A DNA stretch of 63,550 nucleotides, counting the filler, from Rhabdomonas costata (taxonomy: Eukaryota): NCBI GenBank assembly GCA_019059605.1. It is 53 parts of 53 records of this genome, joined end to end, with 100 filler letters (N's around TTAATTAATTAA, not from the genome) between each part and the next. Parts side by side here need not be neighbours in the genome. Positions count along the whole stretch, not along the records: positions 37,230 to 38,330 come from JAHMHO010028566.1; positions 38,431 to 39,531 come from JAHMHO010028567.1; positions 39,632 to 40,732 come from JAHMHO010028568.1; positions 40,833 to 41,933 come from JAHMHO010028569.1; positions 42,034 to 43,134 come from JAHMHO010028570.1; positions 43,235 to 44,335 come from JAHMHO010028571.1; positions 44,436 to 45,536 come from JAHMHO010028572.1; positions 45,637 to 46,737 come from JAHMHO010028573.1; 45 more parts are not named here. One strand, written 5' to 3'. Both the position numbers and the translations under genes were made by a program. Of this stretch, positions 38,203-51,500 are shown piece after piece (position 1 is the first letter of the stretch; each line of letters begins with the position of its first letter). The notes below the pieces were generated by a model, which made no database searches, was not told the origin of the DNA, and worked only from the letters and a program-made list of their open reading frames with translations.

Positions 38203-39631
38203 GGTGGCCCTGCCACCGAGCGGGGTGCCACAGAGGTGCTCTGGGCCACAGTGTCTTCTTGTTTTCTGGACTGACGGCGGAAGGTCACAGAGATTTATTG
38301 GCTGGGTGTTTAAGTCAATTAAGCCAACAANNNNNNNNNNNNNNNNNNNNNNNNNNNNNNNNNNNNNNNNNNNNTTAATTAATTAANNNNNNNNNNNNNN
38401 NNNNNNNNNNNNNNNNNNNNNNNNNNNNNNGTTTTGGGTTTCCGTCCCTTTGAGCCTGTGCAAAAAATTGGACAGGGCTGAAAACCTAAAAACAATGCCT
38501 GCAAGTAAAAATCTTGACTATAGCAAGAAAAAAGGACGAAAATAAAAGTCAATAGCAGGGGATGTGAGTGAAGACATTTGCTAGGTTCATTGGTGATAAT
38601 TACCATCACATTCAATGTTAACAAGAAATAAGAGATCCACACGAAGGCAGACACGGAGAATTCTCGTGAACCATGAACCGAAGGAGAATGCTCAGGGACT
38701 GGTGAGGTAGGAGATGGGATCAGAAGGGAAGAAAAGATGAACCTTGGGATTAGGAGTGTAGACAGCCTCCCGAGGTCCGAAGTCAGGGATATTCCTGTGC
38801 AAGAGAGCGGGCCAAACCAGAAGCAATACGCCTATTCACCAGAGTGGATTAAGCCATGTGCAGTCTGAAGGAGGGATCACAAAGGCGAGGATCCCATACG
38901 AGCTGTTGATCACTCGAAGATTGGCCTCTTTCTCCTCCTTCTCGAACCTGACCCGAGGGACTTCACGCGCATCTGGCTCCAGCCTAATGATGACAATGCA
39001 GGGGCAGCCTTGTTCGGGCAGAAAGCATTCCCACATGACACAATGGCACAGAGCCTTAAAAAAGCTGCACTCCCAAACGAAAAAACGCTAACACATCCCC
39101 ACGAATGATCACGGGTTTCGGGTCCAAAACAATGTCAGCACTTTGCCCACATTTTACACCAACCCTGATGAAAAGGTAAAGCAAGCGTAAAAATAACGGC
39201 CCTTCCAAGCCTGGCAAAAAAAGGGGTCCAAGTACACCAAAAACAGCCCTAAAATGGCCTCTGGGACGGCTGTAAACACAACCATTCCGGTCAATTCCGA
39301 TGCCAGCATGAAGCGTCCTGGGCTCTACCCTTAGGTATGCATCCGAAGGCTCAGTACGCAGGCCTGCAATGGTCCGAAAAGCGTACCCCGGGGCCCTTGA
39401 AAATGGGTAGAAATGGGATCTTGACGGGGTCATGTCTCCGCTAAGAGAAGGAGTCCGAGCCCGGGAAGCGGCCAACCAACTCATCTCAGGAGTACCACCA
39501 AACCGTCTCTCTATGCTCTTTACCAAAACCCNNNNNNNNNNNNNNNNNNNNNNNNNNNNNNNNNNNNNNNNNNNNTTAATTAATTAANNNNNNNNNNNNN
39601 NNNNNNNNNNNNNNNNNNNNNNNNNNNNNNN

Positions 39632-40527
39632 CAAGTATCTCAGGGGTTGAACCAGGTCTGGCTTGTGGACCCTACCCCCTTTTCCTGCCGAGTGGCTATT
39701 TTTATGCGGTGAAAGAAATACCAGTTACATCAACGCAGTAAGGGGCGGGCAGTATGGCGCGCCACGAAGGACCAGTCTTTGCTCTGGCAAATGTTTCAAT
39801 CCCCGGCTAAGCAAAATGAAGCCTTGCAGCAACGGCCTGGTCAATTTGGGGAAGGGGCATCAAACGGTACACCGCCGTTATACGCCGTCATACGGTAATG
39901 GAAAAATGGCTACATAAACAAATGGAATGATAAAATAAAAAACGTGAGACAGGATCATGTGTAGTGGCAGTCCGCGGGGCGGCCGGAGCGAGTGGGCGCT
40001 GAAGCTGCACGTTGCCTAGGGGGAGGAGGTATATTTCGGTCCCACGTAGCTATGCGGGTCTAAGCGCATGTGCCCTGGTGTGCAGGGGGACCGGGCTAGT
40101 CCTCCATTGGATAAGTTTTTCCCTTGCCGTATAACGCCATAAGAAAAAAGAAAGCGCATCTCCAATCTAAAGACGAGAGCAATTGCCACACCGGTCCAGG
40201 ATGCTCTGGAACTCCAGGAGGGATAGCAATCTGAAGTCCTCGCTGAACAGAGCCTTCAGTAGAACGTCCCGCTCCAGCTCCGAGAAGTCCGCCATCAGTA
40301 CCTACCCAGCATTTAGGCAGGCATACGCAGGACGGAGGAGGGGGAATGGCAAGCGACCCGCGGGAGATGGGGGAAACAGTCCAAGTCCAAAGTTCAGAAA
40401 CCGTTTCGTTCATTTTTCTTTTAATTTATAAAGTTGATGATTTCTTTCACCGCATACAAATAGCCACTCGGCAGGAAAAGGGGGTAGGGTCCACAAGCCA
40501 GACCTGGTTCAACCCCTGCGATACTTG
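39632..40527. repeat. 88-bp inverted repeat with 2 mismatches (39632-39719 / 40440-40527)
   Basis: Direct reverse-complement alignment, 720-nt spacer. Confidence 0.92.
40192..40301 (-). CDS. Single predicted exon, unknown protein
   Basis: AG|GTA CTG ATG...GAC CG|GTGTGG encodes VLMADFSELERDVLLKALFSEDFRLLSLLEFQSILDR with GC3-rich codons. Confidence 0.55.
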
Positions 40528-42044
40528 CCAAGGAGTAATTTGTGAATTGATCGCGTTCCTGTGAGAAGGAAAGCAAAACAGGCGCAAATGAGCCAAGGCA
40601 ACCCGCATCACCGCCGCCCAAATTGGCGCCATGGTGCCATTTTTGGGCCATGGAAGGCCATCGAAACAACCATGCACGCTGGCGAGTATAGCCGTAACCA
40701 ACAAGCCCATACACGCGCGAACACACCACACCNNNNNNNNNNNNNNNNNNNNNNNNNNNNNNNNNNNNNNNNNNNNTTAATTAATTAANNNNNNNNNNNN
40801 NNNNNNNNNNNNNNNNNNNNNNNNNNNNNNNNGTTTTTTTTGCATTGAGTTACTTGTGTATACTATTTTCCCGACGGGATCTGGAAGTCTGTGTGCATGT
40901 GTGTGTGGAGGAAGTGGTCGGCTTTCTCAGCCATCATCTTGGGTTGACGACTGTTCGAGAGTTCCCGCAACTTATGTCCCCAACCAGGCAAATTTTGACT
41001 CCTATGTTGCACAGGGGAAGTCCTGGTTGGCGTGGGGCTCACCCTTACGCCGAAGCGTGACCAGCGTGTTAGACCGTGGTGTGGATTCGAGCCCATTTCA
41101 GTGCCTGACACTATCCGTACGAGTGTTTACCCTTCACACCCAGTTCAGTGTGGAGTCGTCATCGGGTGATTCGGTGCTGTGGACGGCCATAGCAGAGCCA
41201 TTGTTGGGCTCTCCATAGTCGGAAGACGTTGACCGGAGGATCCCAGGCAGAAGTAGAAGTGCAGAGAGGCCAAGGATCGAGGATACGGTATAAGCAAGGT
41301 AGGCTGAGGCAGAAGGGTGGAGCTCCCCCAGAACCACGGTTTAACGCCTCATTCAGGACTTTCAAGGGATGTGATCCGCACCCCCGTGAGAAACAGAAAC
41401 GGCCAGGCAGCGAAAAAAAGTTGGCGATGGCCAACACATCAATCCCTTGAGCACGTTGTGTATGTTGGGCGGAGGGGGGGGGTATTATTACAGAAAGGAC
41501 AGGAAGCACATGAGTTCGAGCCAGGTGCTCTGATTTGCGGGAAATCGAGAAAGTGTGCAATTTATATGACAAGCGACAAATCTGGGAGAGGAGGCAAGTA
41601 ATCTTGGGGAAACCTACTTCCCAGTGGGTTTGCGCCTTCTCTTCTGTTTAACAGATTTTACTTGAAGCCCACAGTTCCGAAACAGTAGTGCCCTCAAACA
41701 ACTGTTTTGCTTTTCGAAGGGGTCGCGCGAAATCTGTTAACAGACCAACCCATTCCGGTCTTTAACACCCAAGAGTAATAGGCCATTTGAGTCTTCGCCA
41801 CCCGCTCCTCATTACTTTGCTGGCTTCGTCAGAGGAATCGGAGCGTTCTGATCGTTTGGTCGCTTTGCCACTGATGTGGCACAGCGATGCCTGCAATGCT
41901 AATGCCTTCACCCTCCCCCCCCTCCCACACAACNNNNNNNNNNNNNNNNNNNNNNNNNNNNNNNNNNNNNNNNNNNNTTAATTAATTAANNNNNNNNNNN
42001 NNNNNNNNNNNNNNNNNNNNNNNNNNNNNNNNNGGGGTTTGGTG

Positions 42045-42950
42045 AGGCCTGCGCCAGCGCAGTCTGCTCGCTGTCCTCCTGCGCGGCAACCGCGCGCCGG
42101 TCCCAGGCCTCACCAAGCCCGAAGGCCTCCCACAGGAAGGCAAAAGCCTGGAGGCACAATGCCGCATAACAATGCCGCAGCGCACATTTACAAGCAAACG
42201 TTGCGCACAAGGCATTGGTTTTGGTGGAGGTCTTTTCTGCCTCTAGCGGGCTTTCAAATACTCTCCCGCTGCCTGGCCACTCGGGGTGCGGATCACCCCT
42301 CTGCTACTGAGCGGTGGTTCTTGGGAAACCTCAATCGCGGTTCTAGGGAGCTCTAACCCTCTGCGCTTCTCCAAGCACACACATACGCACATACACCTAC
42401 ACAAGTTTTCCTTAACTCAATGCTAAAAAACCTTCCCATGTCCAAACCATGCCTGCATCTCTCTAAGATACTTATACTTTCTTCTTTGGCCGAGGGGACA
42501 CTGGTGTTGCTGCAAAAGGCTATTCGTCGAATTTCCATCGCATGACTGTTCCCGTAGGGGCGGAGTTCGCAGATGAGTGAGTCTAACTTGAGAGTGGGCG
42601 TAAAAGAAAGTCTTTTCTGGACCCCTGACGATCGGTGCATAGCATACCGTCAAAAACCGAATCCATACAGACATGTTACAACCCCAAAAGGAAGCACCTG
42701 TGTGGCCGTCACAGGCCAATTCCCATTGCGTCCCGTGAGGGTGCTCCACGAGGGGCAGCCAGCGTACACCCAGTCCACGCGGTCGGGTTTCAGCGGGCAG
42801 CCCGAGTGGAAGCCCTTCACCAGGAACCTGGACAGCGGCGGGAATAGCACCTCCTCCTCCCCAGGGTACAGCGAGAGCGCCCTCATGGGCGCCGCGGTGG
42901 CGTTCTGAATGGTGCACACCGTCGCCAGTGGGACGTTCATGAGCTCATAC
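42045..42950 (-). CDS. R-S-E clade (NAD:arginine-type) ADP-ribosyltransferase domain protein, two exons (42950-42698, 42147-~42045)
   Basis: TVCTIQ...PMRALSLYPGEEEVLFPPLSRFLV carries the ARTT-loop ExE motif. GT-AG boundaries are in frame. Confidence 0.8.
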
Positions 42951-43275
42951 CTGTAACCAAACCGAAAAGTGAAGGGCCAGCCACTACGGGTATTAGGTAT
43001 TTGACCACTGAGCAGAGGTTGCCCTATGGGCCTCTGCAGTTTTTGGTGCGATATATTTGTGTTCAACTCGCTCGCGCACTTTCCCCTTTGGATGGGTTTA
43101 ATGGAGGGGAGTGTGCGAGCGAGTTGAACACAAANNNNNNNNNNNNNNNNNNNNNNNNNNNNNNNNNNNNNNNNNNNNTTAATTAATTAANNNNNNNNNN
43201 NNNNNNNNNNNNNNNNNNNNNNNNNNNNNNNNNNTGTGGTTGGTGAAGTCAGGTGGGTGGGGGAGGGGGTAAGAC

Positions 43276-44081
43276 CAGCATTGGTGAAGCGGTCTGGATT
43301 GTCCCTGCAGTAACACTCTGCAAACTTCTCCATAATCCGGTCAATCACCTGGGCCTCCCCCGGGATCTTGAACTGCGACAACACGGCCCTGTGCGAGTGT
43401 GCATGCATGTGTTGGACGCACAGTGCCCTGGAAGTTGCCTGACTGGCTGTTGGTGACCGCTACGGACTGTGGGCGCACGCACTGAGAGGTTTGTCTTCGA
43501 GCAAATGGTAGAGTACCCACTCACCGCCGAGCATTAACCTCCCTTTTGATCCCGGGTCTTTGTCGTGCAGCAACTTTTTTCACCAAAAATCGCGCTGCTC
43601 CATTCCCGCTCGGGTCTCTGAGGCTCCGCCCTGGGGCTGGGGCCGTTGCGTGTGTGCGCTTGTTCTTGTTGGGAAGCCATCCATGTGTGGATGAAACTCA
43701 ATCTCACCGTTGGCACCAAAACCCAGCACAAATAAAATCTGTTTTGCCCAGAAATTGGCTTAGCTCATGGACATGACTCGTATGCTGCTAATATGGCCCT
43801 GCGGAGCTCATGTGTGCCCGTGACACGATGTGAAGAGATATGAAGAGCAAAGCAACGTGACCAAAGTGCAGTTTTGCAACTGCGGTGTTTGTGGATGGAA
43901 GGGGCACCCCATGATGAAGGGAGCGGTACTCCAGGTGCCCTTTTGGCTGTGTGTGTGAGGTGTGTGTGTGAATAGGCCTCTTTGTGCTTGCGGACGATAC
44001 CTGAGACCATCGTCGATCTCGAGGCCCGTGAAGCAGAAGGTTTCAAGGTACGCCCCCATCACAGATTTATTCCAGTCCTTG
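43276..44081 (-). CDS. Sec7-domain ARF guanine nucleotide exchange factor, two exons (44081-44001, 43388-43276)
   Basis: [48 protein letters not shown], including the catalytic glutamic finger. Confidence 0.93.
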
Positions 44082-46150
44082 CTGTGTTGGGCAAATCGCA
44101 GAGAGAGCAAGGACAGACGGATGCAAACTGAAAACCATTGTCCTGAAGTGAAAGCCTGATAAACTTGCAAAAAGAAACGGACAACACTTTGCCGTTATGG
44201 AGCAGAGTAAGCGTTGCGAAGAGGTGGAGCCAACAAACCGAAAGGGCAGGGCGCTCCCACTTTTGCAGCAGGTGAGAAAAATCCTCCCCCCAAATATTTC
44301 GCAGCGCCATCCGCTGTGCGAGAACGCTTTGCGGCNNNNNNNNNNNNNNNNNNNNNNNNNNNNNNNNNNNNNNNNNNNNTTAATTAATTAANNNNNNNNN
44401 NNNNNNNNNNNNNNNNNNNNNNNNNNNNNNNNNNNGGTTGGTGGGAACGCGAGCCAAAGGGAGACATTGGCGTTCATCCCCGCACACAAACCCTGCTAGA
44501 GTGAAGGATAACTGTGGAATGGCCAGAGGTGTGATGCGCTTCAGCCCTCGCCTTTCTCCCACAGTGCTTGAATGCGGTGGTTGTTCTTTTCACGCAAATG
44601 TGAAGACCCAAAGTCTGAAGGGGTGCCCTCTACCACCTACTCAGGGTTAATCATCCGTTGGTCATAGCAAGTTTGGTTTCAGTTCAATTCCAAGCCATTA
44701 CGGCAATGTCCGATAGAGTTTATTCCACGGAATTTTGGAGGTTTAGTATTTCACCTGAAACGTCACTTGTTTCGGCGCATACCCATACGATAGAGAGTGA
44801 GGAGGGGGACATCGGAGAAGTGCATGCCTGAGGATGGCCCTGCACCTCTGGAATGACGCTAACCGCAGGATCCGCTGCCAAGCAAAGAAAGCATAGATGT
44901 AAGGGGTGCGCCCACAAATCCAACATGGTTCGCCCGCAAGAGTTTCCCACCTCGAAGAAAAGCATTTTGAACAACGTTGCTTCTTGAAGATGCCAGATTC
45001 ACAGCAGGTGACATGGGAGGAGAAGGGGGGCACAAGCTGCTCTACGGTATTGAGTTCGCCATCTAGACATGCTAGCTTGGGCCAATTGACAACGCTATGA
45101 ACATTTTCATTTCATGAACTAAAAAATTCTAGTTCAACGCATAATGCCAAACACAAAAGGAGAGCTGGCTGGATAAAACCATGAAAGCATACCAAGAATA
45201 CCTCAATTCTGCCAACCCGATGTCTAGATACCATGCCGCTATGCTTGATAATTCGTCATTAATAAAGGGATTCCGCACAAATGAAAAGTAATTCCGCACA
45301 GGTTCAGAAATATGGCCCATATTCTACTAAGCACTGCACGACATTACTACAGAAAAAATGCTCAAAAATGTAAATCCTCCAAATCGCTGTTAAGTGGAAA
45401 ACGGTCTGCGTTTTGGCACTGCCATCACAAAGTACATGTGGTTCGTCAAATAATGTTCTGGGCGATGTTGAACAAGGAAAAGGGTTCAATGCCCTCTGTG
45501 CCGGAAGATGGAATGCACGTTAGGGGGGGGGGGGCGNNNNNNNNNNNNNNNNNNNNNNNNNNNNNNNNNNNNNNNNNNNNTTAATTAATTAANNNNNNNN
45601 NNNNNNNNNNNNNNNNNNNNNNNNNNNNNNNNNNNNAAAAAAAATCTTTCTTCAGAAAACTAATGAGTAGCTACCTGCACAATAAGAGCATCTTCCCATA
45701 AACCCATATGAATGACGAACGAATCAATGAAAACGCTGCAGAGAAGGGAAAGGAGTGGGCGCCCCAGCAGAAGACGTGCGCAATTCATACCTACAACGTG
45801 CACCGTGACAGGGGATCCGGAAACCGCCAAGTAACCGCAGTAGTTGCAGGACAAGGAGATCGTGCCGGTGGCTACCTGCGTTGGAGAGGGGGTGGGGCGT
45901 TTCGGGAGGTTTACTGAATATAGAAAAGACCCCAGGCCTGCTTTGGCTTAGCCCTTCCTTGTTTTTGCTTTGCTCCACGTGCCAGTGGTCTGTGCTCGCG
46001 AGCGGGATAAAAATAGAGATATTTTGTTTCGCATTGATGTGTGATCTCACCTCACCCTTCACCCTCGGCCGGTTGCGCCGCCTCTTGGGCCTCTTGGCGA
46101 CTCTTTCGCAACAAACGCTCTTTTTTTTCAAAACAACCAAATTTCACGTA

Positions 46151-46395
46151 CCTGGGTGGGGGGGGTGTAGATGAAGGTATACGTGAGGCCCATGTCTGTC
46201 GTAGAGGGGCTTGAGATGACCCCAGGCAGGGTGCTGACCAAGGTGTAATCCGACCAAGAGGTCACTATCCGAGTGCCACCCGTGCTCACCCCCGACAAGG
46301 TGCACGTCAGGGCCTGGGTCTGGTTAACCGTGGTAGGAGGAGTGCGACCAGAGCTGCAGTTCAGCACGCTCTGCGCACTAGCAGGGCCTGCGCGG
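46151..46395 (-). CDS. Exon encoding a Thr/Ser-rich beta-sandwich-like extracellular module
   Basis: ASAQSVLNCS...TQALTCTL...TYTFIYTPP followed by CAG|GTAC donor. Confidence 0.45.
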
Positions 46396-46971
46396 TATGG
46401 GTGAAGGAACCAGTGGAGCAATCTCTTTCTTTTCTGCGGTGGTTGCTCTTTCGTCTCATTCAAACGGGCACCCAAATGGAGAACCAAAAGAGGGAAAAGG
46501 AACATCCTCAGCGAAACGAAACCTGCACATGACAACAATTGTGCAAAGCATCCCGTGCGGTGTCGTTCTGTCCAGGGTCCACACACACACACACAAACTG
46601 TACAATTCAGAGGTCAGCGCAGAGGAAGGCAGGGCATGGAAAAAGAGAAAAGAGAAGAGCAAAAATGACAGAAAAGCCAAAAGCGAGAGCATATATCAGG
46701 AGAGAGAAAGTGGAACAAAGGAGACCGAAGCATAGAGNNNNNNNNNNNNNNNNNNNNNNNNNNNNNNNNNNNNNNNNNNNNTTAATTAATTAANNNNNNN
46801 NNNNNNNNNNNNNNNNNNNNNNNNNNNNNNNNNNNNNGTTGTGTGGTAGCTAGGCTCTTTCACGGCACCTTTAACAGACTCCCAAACAAACGCATGCAGG
46901 TGTCCCCTACCAAGCATTTGCAAAGGTCGGTCACGAATGGTGGCTTGCCATTTTTCTCCCGGACCCGCAGG

Positions 46972-47705
46972 TGTACCTGCACTACGCCCGTGGCCCCGTG
47001 GGTGCGTCGGACTTGATGTCCGCCGATGAGATGGTGTCGCTGATGGAGAGCTCCAAGATCTCCACCAAGGGCAACACCAAGCAGCTCGCGGAGACTCTGA
47101 TCGCGCGCGTAAAGTGTGCTAGTCGCTTGCGCGTCTGCATGCACACTGAGTTGGACCTGAGGATGTGAGGAACTTGGGAGAATGGAACGAAGGTGAGGGG
47201 GTGAAGGGTGTTAAACGTTCAGAGGTGTCAATCTTAAACACCGTTTGAACACCGTGGAACCTTGAACACCGACTAGCGTTCAACCTTGTTACTCCTTTAA
47301 CACCCCTCTCCCCCCAGGAGACACAATAGTCTTTGTTTTTTCACTTCGTGAACGAAAGTGGAGGTAGGAAAGAAAGTGTGAGAATGGTAAGAATTCTGGA
47401 CAAAGGCCACGACAACTTAGACGGCTTCTGCTTTGGTGCTCCGGGTAGGGAGAGGGGTGAAAGTCTTCCGCAGAACAAAAACCGCACCCTTTAAACCCTC
47501 CATCGAAGGTGCGAAGTATGGGCTGGAAATCAGGAAAGTGCAATATTCCGCATTTACGCCTTGCCAAAAAAAAAGGAGCTCCGGGAGTGAGCTGATGCCG
47601 CCGTCGCCGTCCTCCATGGCGCGGCTCTCCGTGGATGTCTCGACCTCTCCGCGGTCGAGCAGGGATTCCCAACAGGGCGGATGCTGCCCCAGCGAGTTCA
47701 TCGAG
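46972..47705 (+). CDS. Two predicted exons of an unknown protein (~46972-47108, ~47577-47705)
   Basis: CAG|GTG TAC CTG... with GC3-rich codons. Second exon ends GAG|GTGTGT. Confidence 0.45.
47197..47315. mobile_element. Candidate ~119-bp MITE-like element
   Basis: Imperfect terminal inverted repeats GGGGGTGAAGGGTGTTAAA / TTTAACACCCCTCTCCCCC. Internal TTRAACACCG repeats. Confidence 0.5.
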
Positions 47706-48506
47706 GTGTGTGTATGTGGGCGGTATGATCAGGTATGCGAAAGAAAATATGCAGAACGCCCCGCAGCACGTCAAGACACGTCGGGAAAGGGAAAGGGAAA
47801 GGAGAGGTGCCAAAGGTTCTCTTGAAGGTTCATCGACAATGTCTAGTACAAGTGTCCACAGCAGGCATCAGAAGTGGTACCAAAATATCTGCAAGACCAG
47901 TGCGAAAAAGATATGCTGTGCAAAAATAAAACACACCCNNNNNNNNNNNNNNNNNNNNNNNNNNNNNNNNNNNNNNNNNNNNTTAATTAATTAANNNNNN
48001 NNNNNNNNNNNNNNNNNNNNNNNNNNNNNNNNNNNNNNGGTTTTGTGGCTCCCGAGGATGCGGGCTTGTCAGGCCGGGACCCTCTTTCTTTTTTCCTCTT
48101 TTCCATTTCCTTCTTCCCTCCCTTCCCTCCTCCTTCTCTTGTCCTTTTCCCTCTCCTTTTCCCCCTTGCTTGGTCTCTCTCCTTTCTCTGCCCCTTCCCT
48201 CATTCTTTCCTCTGCTGGCTCCCACTTCGCTCCTTGTTGCTGCACACTGGCATCACTGACCCACCTCTCTTGGGTCCTCACTTCCATTCTCTCTGCGCTG
48301 AGTGCCGCACTGCTACCGCCTCACCGTGTGCTGAAGAGTCTTAGGCCAGGGGTCAGCTCTACGGCTGCGGGGTCTCCTGTTACATGCGCTACCTCGACCT
48401 CCCGGCTGCCCTCAAGTTGGCATCCCAGGCAATTCGCTCTTTCAATGCGTAGGCGAAGGTGAAAACCCGCGCCCCCCCCCACACACACACTTACACACGA
48501 GCACTT

Positions 48507-48562
48507 ACCGAGGTAACCCTCCTCGTCCACCACACGAGAGCCGATCTGAAATCCCTGCTGCA
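48507..48562 (-). CDS. Possible first exon of a CAP-Gly protein (TBCE-like)
   Basis: MQQGFQIGSRVVDEEGYL G|GTAAGT resembles the start of a CAP-Gly domain. Very short. Confidence 0.33.
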
Positions 48563-51500
48563 TCTGATGGGTGTAGCCTGGAGGCTCTCGAAGTATGGAG
48601 GGGGGGGGGGCAGGTAAAAAACAACTCACAACCGTCACACACTCAATCAAACCCCTCGAAAAAATGTAGCAGCGCTTCGCGGTGAGCAGAATAAGGATTA
48701 AAGTTGCAAACAAAGGCGGGAGGGGGAACAGAGAAGAATCGTCACAACACAGTGACCCGGTCCTTTTTTTTTTTGGATATGGCGCTTTAGTGACAACAAA
48801 CCTCATCTGACTGAAAGATGCAGATGCCTTCATTTGCAACTATCGTTGATACAGACCGCACTTCTGTATTCCGTGATGCGAATGAAGGCAAAAAAAACTC
48901 GATAACTCATCAAACCAAGGTCCCAGAGAAAAGCCGAATTAAATTTGGCTGCGGACTTGCACTGGTGAATGATAACAATACTAGAAGCCCTCAGAAGCTA
49001 AATGCAAATAAGCAGAAAAAACAACGGTATGAAGGTGCTTTGAATAGGTTTGAGCCTCAAACGCCTATCCCAATCCACATGGGAAAGTGGGTTGCGAGCC
49101 ATATCAGGGATGTGTTTGAATTTCCGAGCGAGGGACTGCNNNNNNNNNNNNNNNNNNNNNNNNNNNNNNNNNNNNNNNNNNNNTTAATTAATTAANNNNN
49201 NNNNNNNNNNNNNNNNNNNNNNNNNNNNNNNNNNNNNNNGTGGGGTTGTTGTACCGGAAAGCAGGCCTTGTGATGCGACTGGCCTGTGTCCGTGCGACCT
49301 TGGTCTCTCCCTTGCTGAGCTGAGAAGGCTTTCGCTTTGGTTCGTCTTCGGGGAGATGGTCTGGCACCTTGAAAGCTTTAAGGTTGCAGTCTTTGATGTC
49401 AGTTTCTTCGGTGGGTGGGTCGAGGGAGTTGCGCCATTATAGACCTCTGCTAAACATGCGGCGTCAACTATCATACCTCTTATCCTGACAAGGATGGCGC
49501 CTTCGTGGAGGTTGCGTGGTTGTTGTCACTGCAACAGTATCTTGCGGCAAACAAATCGGAGAGCAGCGCAGGAGAGGAGGAATAATCGCATGTAATCGGG
49601 GCCGTTTTGTGGGGTGGGGCGCACGCTTGGGTTTCGTTCTCGCCTCCTGCCATTTGCTGCCATCAACTGCATATGCAAAAGTGTGTGTAGTGTGTGCACG
49701 TTCTCGCTGCGCTGGTGCTTTCTTTATCATGTTTTGTGTTCTGTGGCGTGAATGGGGGGAATGCTTCAGCCGCCGCGGCCGATGGGATGAGGAGCGGCCA
49801 AGGGCTGCGGGTGCGTGGGAGATGCAGTCAGTCCTGGGCCGAGACATGGCCTGGCTGAAGCCAGACAGCATGGAGGATTCCTCCCACGAGGAGAGGTGCA
49901 CTTCACATAAACACATCCCCATGGTCAACTCCGCGAAAGGATGTCAATTCATCCACGCAAATCAGCAAATCAGAGGGGGCCAGAAGTGAAACGATTGTCA
50001 AAGTTGAGCGGTTTGAGCGACTACGCGGTTGCACTGCACCTTCAGTTTCGTTTCATAATCCTCTGCGTCGATTCCAAGTTCCTCACTATATGGGAACAGA
50101 GATTAATGGGCAAAACCGAAGCGAAAGTCCAGCAAGAGACCTCCATTTGTTGAGCGAAGGGGCATCGTTTTCTATACCTTTAGTCCCTTTGGCACCTGCC
50201 CCCCTTCCAAAAAGAAAAGGGCTGAAGATAAAAACAAACTCAGAGGAGTTGCTCCCTACAATGCATCCATGCACCCAAGAGGGTAACAGAAGCCCCATGT
50301 TGAAGGCATGCGCTGCTGTTACGCCCTACCACCACCCACCNNNNNNNNNNNNNNNNNNNNNNNNNNNNNNNNNNNNNNNNNNNNTTAATTAATTAANNNN
50401 NNNNNNNNNNNNNNNNNNNNNNNNNNNNNNNNNNNNNNNNAAAAGAGCCTCCAATGGGTACGGGTGGGTACGGCCTGAGGGTGCAAGGAAGGCCTATGCA
50501 GCGATTTGTGAGGCCCACTGTACATAGAAAAGACCCCGGGCGTGCTTTAGCTTCGCTCCCTCGGTCGCCATGATTACAAAATACAAAAGCATTTAGAAGG
50601 CGTGAAGGCTGTTTTATTGCATTCGAGGAGTGCGACGCAGAAAAAAAGCTGTGTGGTGGTGGTGGTGGTGGGGGCGCAGTGCACCATTCCCATGGCCTTC
50701 TTCTCCTTCTTCGTAAAGGACTGCAGAATCTTGGCCACCACGCGGTTTCGGAACGACCGGTCCTCCAGCAAGGACTGCCTGCAGAAACCGCCGACCGAAA
50801 ACCAACACTATTTCCCGCAACCATCTCCCCCCATATGGGAAGAACTGAATTGCGTCTTGGCTGAACTCAACTTCCGGGCGGGTGGGTTTTTTCAGCGGTT
50901 CCAGGTGCGCGATATTTTTTTTACACACTTTGTTCACGTTCAGAAAGCGACGGATGTTCTATTGTCCGCGTTACCTCAAAAAGTCACAACTTACAGAAGT
51001 GTGCACTAAATCAGGCGTTTTCGAATTAGAAGCTAAAACGGGTGGTGAAAAAACTGGGCTCGGTTATGCTTATTCTTTCAAGCTAATCTTAACCTCATAC
51101 AGTCTCCTCTTACTTTTGAGGTGACGCGGGCCATATTTTGATGGATAATGTAGGCAGGCGTCTTCCGTGTGGCCAACCACTGATGCTTCGGCTTCTTGCA
51201 AATTCCTGTATATTTCTTTTGCGTGCAACTGGTACTGCTCTTCTCTTTTGTATCTTTAAACAACTGAAACTTCCTTTTTTGGCAATCTTGAAAAAGTGCC
51301 GAAAAGAAACCGCCAGACTGCCAAGAAAAGATTTATCGCGGGAGGCAACAGTCGAGCCTGATTCTAGATTCCACACCAGCAGAGACACCGACACAACAAC
51401 GAGGAACCTCGGTGAAAACAACCCGCACAAGAAACAATGAAGTGACAATATTGCGGGCGGTTTCGGTCCCTAAGCTTTCCTCTCCCCAAGGAGATCCCCC

